DNA of 33,504 bases. It comes from Anaerolineae bacterium. GTDB taxonomy: Bacteria; Chloroflexota; Anaerolineae; JADYZS01. The stretch spans positions 1 through 33,504 of the forward strand of contig JADYZS010000047.1 of NCBI GenBank assembly GCA_020853075.1, in the 5' to 3' direction. The position numbers and the translations under genes are program-made. Numbering within the stretch: position 1 is the stretch's first letter; each line of letters starts with the position of its first letter. Positions 1 to 8,246 of this stretch are shown here, in pieces. The notes beneath the pieces were generated by a model. It had not been told where the DNA came from, did not search any database, and was given only the letters and a program-made list of their open reading frames with translations.

Positions 1-60
1 GAGGATGGCAGCAAACGCCAGCACCCCGGCCAGGACGACGGCTCTGCGGTTACGGTTCAT
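1..60 (-). CDS. First 20 codons of an ORF that runs off the left edge; signal-peptide/TM-like N-terminus, product unknown
   Basis: ATG at 60..58 is preceded by GGAAGGCGAAGGAG. It translates MNRNRRAVVLAGVLAFAAIL (basic n-region plus hydrophobic core). It starts 17 nt after the stop of the upstream same-strand gene. Confidence 0.35.
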   Translation of the reverse strand, partial: MNRNRRAVVLAGVLAFAAIL

Positions 61-77
61 GCTCCTTCGCCTTCCGC

Positions 78-1133
78 CTACTCCAGAATGACCTTCTCAT
101 CTACCAATCGCTCGCGCACAAAGCCACCTGTGGTTGCCATGCGGAAGTGAGCAGCGTCCAAAAGATACTCCATATCCAACGCATTTCGCCCCGCGCGGTT
201 CTTCTCTACGCTCATGACGACCCAACTGCGCATGGTCTCGGCCTGCGATGGATTATAGATCATGTGCTCGCGACTGACAATATCGTGCTTGTTGTTGAGC
301 ACGAGGCCGACGTCGGCTTCGTATTGTAGGGCCGAACTTCCCCGGAGGTCCGCCAGGCGCATCCGTTTCGCCTTGAGCCCCGGCCTGTCCGATGCGGCGA
401 TGGCGATGACCTGAATCCCCATGGACATCGCCAATTCCTTCAGCCCTTGCGTCAGGAAGGTCGTTACCTCTGTCTCCGGTTGCAAGGTAGCCATATCCAC
501 CGGGATCTTTTGCAGATAGTCCACCACCAGCAGCAACCGCTGAGGGCCGACTGCGGCCATCTCTTGCACCCATTGGCGGATCTGGTCAAGGGTTGAGGTG
601 TCGCCGCTCGCTTTCACCAGTGCGAGGCGGTTAGAATATGAAGTCATCATATCCACTATGGCAGCGTACCGTGGCATGCGCCGCAACCTTGAGATGAGGC
701 CAACGCCGTTGGGCGTGCCTAAAGCCAATTCCGCCAACCTGCGCAGGGTCAACACCTCTCCCTTGCTGTTCTCTTCCGCGCTCTCAAGGCACAGGAGGCG
801 CGACATCAAGTGAGCACGATCATGCTCGTAACAGACGTATATCGCGCTGCTGCGCTCGTCGTTGTGCACCACGTTGCGCGCGATCTGCAAGGCGAAGATG
901 GTCTTGCCGACACCGTAAGGGCCGCCGACGATCATCAGATCGCCACGGCGTAGCCCCCCGTTGAGCACGTCGTCAAGAGGGTCAAAGCCGGTCGCCAGAG
1001 GCTGAAAGCGGGCCACCTCGCCTCTCGCGACTTGCTGCTCCACTTCCGCCATCACCTGGGCAAGGGTCGCCGGACCTACCGATTCTAATTCCCACCACCC
1101 CGGTTTATTGCTGGTCGGCGTTGGTTCTACCAT
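78..1133 (-). CDS. Stand-alone DnaB C-terminal-domain-like / KaiC-like RecA-fold ATPase (no DnaB N-terminal domain)
   Basis: 351-aa ORF with TGFDPLDDVLNGGLRRGDLMIVGGPYGVGKT (Walker A), LLLVVDYLQK (Walker B) and DLRGSSALQYEADVGLVL (DnaB_C-type C-motif). Only about 45 aa precede the ATPase core. It starts 29 nt after the cpaF stop on the same strand. Confidence 0.8.
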   Translation of the reverse strand: MVEPTPTSNKPGWWELESVGPATLAQVMAEVEQQVARGEVARFQPLATGFDPLDDVLNGGLRRGDLMIVGGPYGVGKTIFALQIARNVVHNDERSSAIYVCYEHDRAHLMSRLLCLESAEENSKGEVLTLRRLAELALGTPNGVGLISRLRRMPRYAAIVDMMTSYSNRLALVKASGDTSTLDQIRQWVQEMAAVGPQRLLLVVDYLQKIPVDMATLQPETEVTTFLTQGLKELAMSMGIQVIAIAASDRPGLKAKRMRLADLRGSSALQYEADVGLVLNNKHDIVSREHMIYNPSQAETMRSWVVMSVEKNRAGRNALDMEYLLDAAHFRMATTGGFVRERLVDEKVILE

Positions 1134-1162
1134 TTGCAGGTGCTCGCTCTGCTATCTATCTT

Positions 1163-2512
1163 CTACTTCGTCTTACGCGTCGGCGTGAAAATAGAAGGGG
1201 ATATGAAGATGCCCGCCGCCTCAATTCTATCCATGAACTTCGGGCGCACACCCGTCACCGTGAAATGGCCTTGCACCCGCCCATCCTTTACACCTGTCTG
1301 GACAAAGCGGAAGATATCCTGCATCACAATGACCTCACCCTCCATCCCCTGCACTTCGGAAATCTGTGTAACCTTGCGCGTTCCATCCGTTAAACGATCC
1401 AGGTGCACAATAAGATCAAAGGCGGAGGCTATCTGCTCGCGCACCGCGCGGAGCGGCAGCTCCATCCCTGCCATCAGGGTCATGGTTTCTATGCGATGTA
1501 AGGTGTCGCGTGGACTGTTGGAGTGGGCGGTGGTCAAAGAACCATCGTGGCCGGTGTTCATGGCTTGTAGCATATCCAGTGCTTCGCCGCCACGCACCTC
1601 GCCTACCACGATGCGATCAGGTCTCATGCGCAGCGCATTGATGACCAGTTGCCGGATCTTAATCTCGCCTTTCCCTTCCACGTTAGGCGGGCGGGCCTCA
1701 AGCCGGACGACGTGGCGTTGGCGGAGTTGCAGTTCCGCTGCATCTTCAATGGTGATGATCCGTTCCTTAGAAGGCAGAAAACTGGAAAGGACGTTCAACA
1801 GCGTCGTCTTGCCGGTGGATGTCCCGCCAGAGATCACGATGTTGAGGCGCGCCAGGACGCACGCGCGCAGAAACTCGGCGATTTCCTGCGTGAGAGCCCC
1901 CAGCCGTATCAGGTCATCGGCACTATAAGCCACTTTCGCGAATTTGCGGATGCTGATGCAAGGGCCCACCAGAGAGAGGGGGGGGATGACGGCATTGACG
2001 CGCGACCCATCAGGGAGACGCGCGTCCACCATCGGACTGCTCTCATCCACGCGGCGACCCAGAGGAGCGACGATACGATCTATAATGCGGAGGACCTGGT
2101 CTGCATCGCGGAAACGGATGTCGGTTTCCTCCAGAACGCCGTTCCTCTCAATGTATATCTGGTCAGGCCCATTCACCAGGATCTCGGTGATGGTCTCGTC
2201 TCGCAACAGCGGTTCAATGGGCCCGTAGCCCAAGATCGCCGCCACGATCTGCTCAAACAACTCTGTGCGTTCGTGGCGGCTCAGGGTAAGTTCCTCTTCG
2301 GCCAACGTCTCCGCGAAGATACGCTCCAAAGCCCGCCGCACTTCCTCAACGTTGCCGATGTCAACCGTAGGGCTCAATTCGGCGAGGAGTCGTCGTTGGA
2401 CACGCTCTCGTATAACCGCGTAGGGCTCTGTGCTATCTGAATGAGCCCCGCTTCCTCCTCTCACGTTATCAGAGCGAGTGACAGGGCGGGTACCGCGAGT
2501 GAAGTTGATCAT
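1163..2512 (-). CDS. cpaF: Tad/Flp pilus assembly ATPase CpaF/TadA (type II/IV secretion NTPase family)
   Basis: 449-aa ORF with Walker A ISGGTSTGKTTLLNVL, IITIEDAAEL, GEVRGGEALDMLQAMNTGHDGSLTTAHSN and the CpaF-type N-terminal region. Confidence 0.9.
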   Translation of the reverse strand: MINFTRGTRPVTRSDNVRGGSGAHSDSTEPYAVIRERVQRRLLAELSPTVDIGNVEEVRRALERIFAETLAEEELTLSRHERTELFEQIVAAILGYGPIEPLLRDETITEILVNGPDQIYIERNGVLEETDIRFRDADQVLRIIDRIVAPLGRRVDESSPMVDARLPDGSRVNAVIPPLSLVGPCISIRKFAKVAYSADDLIRLGALTQEIAEFLRACVLARLNIVISGGTSTGKTTLLNVLSSFLPSKERIITIEDAAELQLRQRHVVRLEARPPNVEGKGEIKIRQLVINALRMRPDRIVVGEVRGGEALDMLQAMNTGHDGSLTTAHSNSPRDTLHRIETMTLMAGMELPLRAVREQIASAFDLIVHLDRLTDGTRKVTQISEVQGMEGEVIVMQDIFRFVQTGVKDGRVQGHFTVTGVRPKFMDRIEAAGIFISPSIFTPTRKTK

Positions 2513-2558
2513 GCGGTCCGGCTACCTCTACCTTTCCCAGATAATCTCAAGACAGTCT

Positions 2559-4424
2559 CTACCTTATCCAGATCGGATCGTACTCATCCCATTCGGAGTT
2601 GCTGATGTTGCGCACGTTCCTGCCGTCAGCATCCATGACGAAAATCTGCTTCAATCCTGTCCGGTTAGACCAGAAGACGATGCGTTTGCTATCCGGCGAC
2701 CAGGAAGGATGCTTGTCCCATTCCCAGGTGTTTTCTGTGAGTTGCCTGACTCCCGTCCCATCAGTGTTGATCACCCAGATGTCGTCGCTTCCTTTCTCTT
2801 GGCTCACAAAGGCGATGCGACTTCCATCCGGTGACCACACCGGGTCGTAACTGACAGCGGCGAAGGTAGTGAGTTGTTTGGGCGGCTGCTGGCCGAACTG
2901 TCCTGCCGGCAACGCCAGGAAGACCTGCGGTACACGGCCTGCGTTCTGAACGAAGGCGCGGATGCGGCCATCCGGCGAGAGCTGCGCCTTCTGGATGAGC
3001 GCATCGTACTCTCTGCGCCTATCTCGCGTCTCGCTGCCCAGGTATTGCCGGTTCTTCCCCGTGGTGTCCATGACCCAGAGGCCCGGCTGTTTCTCGTCAT
3101 TTGAGTAGAAGATAATCATGTTGCGGTAATCTTGCAGCATCATCGGCGTCGGGGTAGGCGTCGGCGGTGTGGTCGGTGTAGGGAGGGGGGTCGGTGTTGC
3201 CGTCGGCGTTACCGTCGGTGTCGCCGTCGGCGTCAGCCTGGGCGCGATGCTGAACATGCGGCCACGAGCCAGCGCTTTATCGGCCACCGGCAGTTCAACG
3301 GCCTGGCGATACAATTCGTAGGCGAGGTAGAGGTCTCCGGCAGCCTGGCGCTGGTCGCCGCTGCGGATGTAGGCCTCGTAGAGAAGGTTGGCTATGGTTC
3401 CGCCCAGATAATCCGGCCGTTGGTCGTACACGGCCCGCAAGCGCGCGATGGCTTCATCCCACCGCCCCTCGTGATAGCGCGTTTGGCCTTCCATATAGAG
3501 GAGAGCCAAACGCTGTTCCAACGCTGCCTCGGCGCTACGGGGCTGCAAGGCCAGTGCCTTCGTGAAGTAGCCTACGGCCTGTTGCACGTCATCGGTAACT
3601 GGCGGGTTCTGGAGAATAAGCCCGCGTCCCAAGCGCATGTAGAGTTCATAAAGCCTCGCATCTACCACGTCGGGCTTGAAACTGACGTCCAGGTCCTTAA
3701 TCTGTTGGTACTTGGCGATGGCATCCAGAGCGAGACCTGCCCCATAGGCGGCCTCTGCCTCCGCATAGAGACGAGCGACGTCCTGCTGATGCTGGATAGC
3801 CTTGACGCGCAGGCTGACGTCACGATACCCCGCCCTCTTGACTGAGAGTTCGCTGTATTTGGTAAGAGCACCCTGGTAGTCGCCCTCCTCCTGCAAAGCG
3901 ACTGCCTCCTGGTAGAGCGCGAGGATTTCCCGCTCCTCTGCCACTCGCCGCAACCCCTCCTGTGCCTTTTCGTGGTCCGGCACCTGGGCAAGAAGCGCCT
4001 TAAAGCGGGCCTCCGCCGTGTCAAGGTCGCCCCCTTCCAGGTATCCATTGGCTTCCACCAGGAGTTGTGCTCGTTGCCGATCAACCTGAGCCTGAGCCAA
4101 TAGAGGGGCGGCTCGCTCACGGATGAGTCGTACCCCCTGCACGGCAATTACGGCGAGGGTGAGCAACACTAAGATTCGGAAAACCGCCGGGCGCCACTGA
4201 ATGATCCACCTTTTGGCCCGCACGCGAGACTTGGCATCAATGAGAGCCTTGAACTGGGCTTCTTCCAGGGCGCGCTGAATCAGCTGGCTATCTGGGTATT
4301 TCCGCGCCAATTCCTCAAAGGTGCGGATAGCCTCTTGCCACTCTCCGGACTGGAGATGCCCCATACCCTTTCGGAACAGGGGATCGTCTTTGCCGGCAGT
4401 ATGCCCTCCAAGTGCAACTGTCAT
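2559..4424 (-). CDS. Bitopic TPR-repeat protein with Pro/Thr linker and C-terminal PD40/TolB-like beta-propeller
   Basis: 621-aa ORF. It has N-terminal TPR-like helices (GEWQEAIRTFEELARKYPD), one TM helix (VFRILVLLTLAVIAVQGV) and a long TPR-like region. A linker TPTATPTVTPTATPTPLPTPTTPPTPTPTP follows, then SPDGRIRAF / SPDGSRIAFVS / SPDSKRIVFWS repeats typical of PD40 propellers. Confidence 0.8.
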   Translation of the reverse strand: MTVALGGHTAGKDDPLFRKGMGHLQSGEWQEAIRTFEELARKYPDSQLIQRALEEAQFKALIDAKSRVRAKRWIIQWRPAVFRILVLLTLAVIAVQGVRLIRERAAPLLAQAQVDRQRAQLLVEANGYLEGGDLDTAEARFKALLAQVPDHEKAQEGLRRVAEEREILALYQEAVALQEEGDYQGALTKYSELSVKRAGYRDVSLRVKAIQHQQDVARLYAEAEAAYGAGLALDAIAKYQQIKDLDVSFKPDVVDARLYELYMRLGRGLILQNPPVTDDVQQAVGYFTKALALQPRSAEAALEQRLALLYMEGQTRYHEGRWDEAIARLRAVYDQRPDYLGGTIANLLYEAYIRSGDQRQAAGDLYLAYELYRQAVELPVADKALARGRMFSIAPRLTPTATPTVTPTATPTPLPTPTTPPTPTPTPMMLQDYRNMIIFYSNDEKQPGLWVMDTTGKNRQYLGSETRDRRREYDALIQKAQLSPDGRIRAFVQNAGRVPQVFLALPAGQFGQQPPKQLTTFAAVSYDPVWSPDGSRIAFVSQEKGSDDIWVINTDGTGVRQLTENTWEWDKHPSWSPDSKRIVFWSNRTGLKQIFVMDADGRNVRNISNSEWDEYDPIWIR

Positions 4425-4493
4425 CTTGCTGGGGTTTCTCCTGGTGCTTGAGAATTTGCTTATGATCGGAGCCAGATCTTCAGCACGAGCCTG

Positions 4494-5459
4494 CTAACCT
4501 CCGTTCAGGCGATTCAGGAAGGTGATGGCGGTCGGTAATGCCGGCCCCAGAGCCACGACAAACATCGCAGGGAAGATAAACAAAATGAGGGGAAATACCA
4601 TCTTGACGCTGGCCTGTTGGGCCAGCTCCTCGGCCCGCTGCCGGCGTTTCATGCGCACCTGGGCCGCTTGTGCGTGTAGCACCTGGGCAATGCTGACACC
4701 CAACTGGCTTGATTGCAGCAAAACGGCCACAAAGGTGCTGACCTCCTGCACGCCTGACCGTTCGGCCATCCGTTGCAAAGCAACGTCGCGGGGGGTTCCC
4801 ACCCGCATCTCGGCGACAGCCCGGCGGAATTCCCGTGTCAGCGCATTGTTCCACTTCTCTCCGACCTTGACCATGGCTGATTCAAAGGCGAGTCCCGCTT
4901 CAACACCGATGGTCAACATATCAAGGGCATCCGGCAGGGCTCTCCTGATCTCGTATTTCCGCTGGTTCACACGATTGCGCAACCAGTAGAGAGGCACAAA
5001 GAAGCCGATCCCGCCCATGATGAGGGTATTGCGCGCGGCGGTAGCGACAGGGACGTTCTCGCCGAAGAGGAAGTAATAGCCTCCTCCCAGGAGTAAAACA
5101 GAAAGCAGGCGGAGGCCGAAGAAGTCAAGCATGGTCAGGCCGCCGGGGTTGCCAGCCTGAAGCAGCATCTTCTGCGTTGCCTCCGCGTTTCGTTTCGGCG
5201 CAAGCGAGCCGAGGAGACGCAAGAATCGGCGGAAGAGCGGCAACACGACCCGGCCGGCGAAGGGCTTGCGCATCTCGGCGTCTTCTATAACATCAACCCG
5301 TTCCAGGTAGCCGTCCAGCCTTCTGCGAATCATCTGGGCAGGGAAGGATGGCATGAACGCCAACCAGATAAGGATCGTGGCGAAACCGATCATCGCCCCG
5401 AAGGCGAAAGGTGAGGAGAATAAGCCACCGTTCACCAGCAGGTTGGTAATATCCACCAT
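4494..5459 (-). CDS. tadC: Tad pilus platform protein TadC (T2SS-F family)
   Basis: 321-aa polytopic ORF with a T2SSF-type cytoplasmic domain (LPDALDMLTIGVEAGLAFESAM ... SQLGVSIAQVLHAQA). It lies adjacent to tadB. Confidence 0.85.
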   Translation of the reverse strand: MVDITNLLVNGGLFSSPFAFGAMIGFATILIWLAFMPSFPAQMIRRRLDGYLERVDVIEDAEMRKPFAGRVVLPLFRRFLRLLGSLAPKRNAEATQKMLLQAGNPGGLTMLDFFGLRLLSVLLLGGGYYFLFGENVPVATAARNTLIMGGIGFFVPLYWLRNRVNQRKYEIRRALPDALDMLTIGVEAGLAFESAMVKVGEKWNNALTREFRRAVAEMRVGTPRDVALQRMAERSGVQEVSTFVAVLLQSSQLGVSIAQVLHAQAAQVRMKRRQRAEELAQQASVKMVFPLILFIFPAMFVVALGPALPTAITFLNRLNGG

Positions 5460-5464
5460 GCCCC

Positions 5465-6436
5465 TTACACCTCAATATCCAGTATCCTGCGGATGACCAG
5501 GAAGCCTGCCACCATCATAATCACAGCCGCAACCGGGAGGAGTCGCACCCAGCCCGGCTCAAAAAGACGGCTCATATACTCCGGACGCATGAGGAACAGG
5601 AGAACGGCGAGCACAACCGGCAATACCGCCAGCACGTATCCGCTCAAGCGTTGCTGGGCTGTGAGGACGAATATCTCTCGTTTGATACGTATGCGGTCGC
5701 GCACGGTCTCGCCGATAACCTCCAGGGTTTGAGCCAGGTTGCCGCCCATCTCATACTGGACATTGATGGCCGTCACCACCAAATCCGCGTCGTCGGTGCC
5801 GATACGATCTGCCATGTCGCTCAGCGCCTGCTGGGCCGAGAGGCCAAGCCCGATTGCGCGCACGACGCGCGCGAACTCGGCAGAGGCCGGCGGCGGCAAT
5901 TGTTCTATAACCACGTGCAGCGATTGGGATATACCATAGCCCGCGCGCAACGCGCCCACCAATAACGTGAGCACGTCTGGCAATTGCTCGGTGAAGGCGT
6001 TCTGGCGGCGTTGTCTCTTGACGCCAACGTAGAAGATAGGCGCATAGCCGAGGAGTGCTGCCAGAGCAAGGCCGATCAGGGGGCCGCCACGGGCGAAACC
6101 TATGAGAAAGCCAAAGAAGGCTGCGCCCAGGATCAGCATGGTGAACTCGGCTACGGTGAACGGCAGGTCGGCGCGCGCAATCTCCCTCGCCAGGATGGGC
6201 CCCAGGCCGAACCCCTGCATAATCCGGTTGATTCCCGTCAGGGCTGGTCGCCGTAGGGTCGCGTAGGGGCTGGTGTCTGGGTTGGCTGGCAGGTTCTTGG
6301 TCAGGCCGCTGTATTGGCGCAGGCGGGCCTCAATGGGGTCCTCGGTGCGCGCCATGCGCCACAGGGCGATAAAGAAGGTCATGATGGCGATCATGACGAG
6401 AAAGCCAAAAGTCAGCGGTCCCATACTGCTCCCCAT
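5465..6436 (-). CDS. tadB: Tad pilus platform protein TadB (T2SS-F family)
   Basis: 323-aa polytopic ORF with a T2SSF domain (LPDVLTLLVGALRAGYGISQSL ... YEMGGNLAQTLEVIGETVR). A 5-nt gap separates it from tadC. Confidence 0.85.
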   Translation of the reverse strand: MGSSMGPLTFGFLVMIAIMTFFIALWRMARTEDPIEARLRQYSGLTKNLPANPDTSPYATLRRPALTGINRIMQGFGLGPILAREIARADLPFTVAEFTMLILGAAFFGFLIGFARGGPLIGLALAALLGYAPIFYVGVKRQRRQNAFTEQLPDVLTLLVGALRAGYGISQSLHVVIEQLPPPASAEFARVVRAIGLGLSAQQALSDMADRIGTDDADLVVTAINVQYEMGGNLAQTLEVIGETVRDRIRIKREIFVLTAQQRLSGYVLAVLPVVLAVLLFLMRPEYMSRLFEPGWVRLLPVAAVIMMVAGFLVIRRILDIEV

Positions 6437-6484
6437 CCTGACAACAGGCGGTAGGCTGCTAGCGCGCGCACGCTGAATCGCTGC

Positions 6485-6646
6485 CTATTTCCCACGCCGG
6501 TAGAAGATCGCGCCGGCGATGACAATTGTTAGACCGAGGAAGATACCGCGTAGGCCGCTAATGGCTCCTACGTCCACAAAGGCCGCGGCTGCGGCCAGGA
6601 GTACGCCGATGATAATAAGAATGTAGCTGATGACGCGCTTGCCCAT
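6485..6646 (-). CDS. Unannotated 53-aa small membrane protein (two hydrophobic segments)
   Basis: Below the ORF-track size cut-off. ATG at 6646..6644 sits 7 nt downstream of AGGGAGG. It translates MGKRVISYILIIIGVLLAAAAAFVDVGAISGLRGIFLGLTIVIAGAIFYRRGK, with stop TAG at 6487..6485. It lies between cpaE and tadB on the same strand. Confidence 0.45.
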   Translation of the reverse strand: MGKRVISYILIIIGVLLAAAAAFVDVGAISGLRGIFLGLTIVIAGAIFYRRGK

Positions 6647-6727
6647 AGGATGGCCTCCCTGTGGTTCAGGATCATTAAGTGGGCTGAAGCCTTGAGATGG
6701 TATCCAGATGCAACCACGTCGCTAGCC

Positions 6728-8035
6728 TCAAACGTTAGCGGAACGAAAGCCTCGGCGCAACCGGCCCATCAAGCCGCCTTTCGCCTCCTCGCCCATAGAG
6801 GCCGGCATCATCTCGTGTCTCAGATCGTCGGCGAGCATGCGGGCAAGTTGCCTGATGGCTCTGGCAACCGCGCTGCGCCGGTGGCTCATCACCATCGGTA
6901 CCCCTCTATTGACGCTGTGGGTTGCCAGGGGCTGGTCATCTGGGATTCTATACCTCACTTGCACGTGCAAGCGTTCTCCGATGTCTCGTGCAGAAATACC
7001 GCCCGGTATCGTGGCACGGTTCAGCACAAGCCACAGCTTCTCATTGGGGTAGCCGCGCTCGTGCAGTTGGTCAAGCATGAGGCGCGTGTTGCGCAGGCCC
7101 ACCATCTCCGGCAACACGGTCATTACGATGCGGTCTGCCCCATCCAAGAAGGCGAAGGCGGTCTCGTCCAAAGGCAATCCCAGATCAACCACAACCCAGG
7201 GAAACATCTTTTTAAGGCGGGCAAGGACTTGCTGCACCTGGGGCAGTGTGATAGGAGTGGATAGGTCGCCGGGCGGCGGCGCCAGCAAGATGCGTACCCC
7301 TGATACGTGGCTGGCGAGCACGCTGGAGACCAGGTCTTCATCCAGGCGCGAAAGTCGCGGCAGCAAGTCCGAGATGTTGCGCTCCTGGTAGAGATTCAAG
7401 GCTACATCCAGGGCGGGAGCAGCGAAATCGGCGTCCACCAGGATAACGGATCTGCGGTCTATCGCTTGTAGGCTGACCGCTGTGTTGATCGCTAGGGTTG
7501 TGCGCCCCGTGCCTCCCTTCGGCGCGCAGAAGACAATGATGCGCCCGTTGGCGCCTCCTCCACCCTCTGGCTCCTGGGTGCGGCTGCCCCGTTGGGCCAG
7601 GACCTGCCGCAGGCTGGCGATGAGGTCGTCGGTATGAAGTGGCTTCGTAACGAATCCGCGCGCGCCCGCGAGGACGGCCTGGCGCGCTCGGTTCATGGCG
7701 CCTGCCTCTATCAACGCGAGAATCGCGGCTCCCGGCACGCGCGAGGAGAGTTGGGTGATGAGCGCATTGGCGTCGGCTCCGCCGAGCGCGTCATCCACCA
7801 AGACCACGTGGGGAACCAAGTCCTGAGCACGCACAGGAGCCAACTCTGGCTGCGCCACCCAATAGAGCCGGTGATCACCTGCCCCTCGTGCCAGGGATTC
7901 CCCGATTTCATCTCTTGCACTTTCTGCTGTACTGACAAGGAGAATGCGCAGGGCTTCTCCGGGAATTAACGTCGGCAATTGCCCCTCCACCGGGCTGTTG
8001 ACTGTTAAAGCCTGCCCTATTATACCACAACTCAT
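6728..8035 (-). CDS. cpaE: CpaE/TadZ: receiver-like N-terminal domain fused to ParA/MinD-type ATPase
   Basis: 435-aa ORF with an N-terminal REC-like segment (RILLVS...VVLVDDALGG) and a deviant Walker A VFCAPKGGTGRTTLAINTA. Its position in the tad operon fits. Confidence 0.85.
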   Translation of the reverse strand: MSCGIIGQALTVNSPVEGQLPTLIPGEALRILLVSTAESARDEIGESLARGAGDHRLYWVAQPELAPVRAQDLVPHVVLVDDALGGADANALITQLSSRVPGAAILALIEAGAMNRARQAVLAGARGFVTKPLHTDDLIASLRQVLAQRGSRTQEPEGGGGANGRIIVFCAPKGGTGRTTLAINTAVSLQAIDRRSVILVDADFAAPALDVALNLYQERNISDLLPRLSRLDEDLVSSVLASHVSGVRILLAPPPGDLSTPITLPQVQQVLARLKKMFPWVVVDLGLPLDETAFAFLDGADRIVMTVLPEMVGLRNTRLMLDQLHERGYPNEKLWLVLNRATIPGGISARDIGERLHVQVRYRIPDDQPLATHSVNRGVPMVMSHRRSAVARAIRQLARMLADDLRHEMMPASMGEEAKGGLMGRLRRGFRSANV

Positions 8036-8086
8036 TGCAGACCGAAGGTGATATAGATACTAACCCAGCCAGACTGAAAAGACCCG

Positions 8087-8219
8087 GTCATCGGTTAGAA
8101 ACCGACGGCAACCGGCTAGGAAGCCCGCAGAGCGGGCTTAACGAACGTGCAGCCGTACTCGCCCCGCGGAGCGGGACTTTGCGGGCCTCCCACCGCCGTC
8201 GGATTTTATCCGATGGCGG
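8087..8219. repeat. Modular hairpin cassette (type-1 hairpin / type-2 AGA-loop hairpins / inverted type-1 hairpin), copy 1
   Basis: Hairpins at 8087-8109 (CATCGGTT-AGA-AACCGACGG), 8121-8139 (AAGCCCGC-AGA-GCGGGCTT), 8163-8175 (CCCGC-GGA-GCGGG) and 8193-8219 (CCGCCGTCGGAT-TTT-ATCCGATGGCGG). The same module set recurs at 22415-22499. Confidence 0.6.
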
Positions 8220-8246
8220 CCTGTTTCTAGACTTCTCTGACAGTCT

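Noticed and set aside
78-1133. Replicative helicase DnaB
   Set aside because: Only the C-terminal RecA-fold domain is present, in a 351-aa protein with about 45 aa ahead of Walker A. The N-terminal helical/primase-binding domain is missing, and the gene is embedded in a pilus operon rather than next to replication or ribosomal genes.
1134-4147. Long plus-strand and alternative-frame ORFs across cpaF and the TPR/PD40 gene (1134..1928, 1649..2440, 3132..3845, and 3662..4147 on the minus strand)
   Set aside because: All overlap strongly supported genes. Their Arg/Ser/Cys-rich composition has no motifs, and they are typical high-G+C shadow ORFs.
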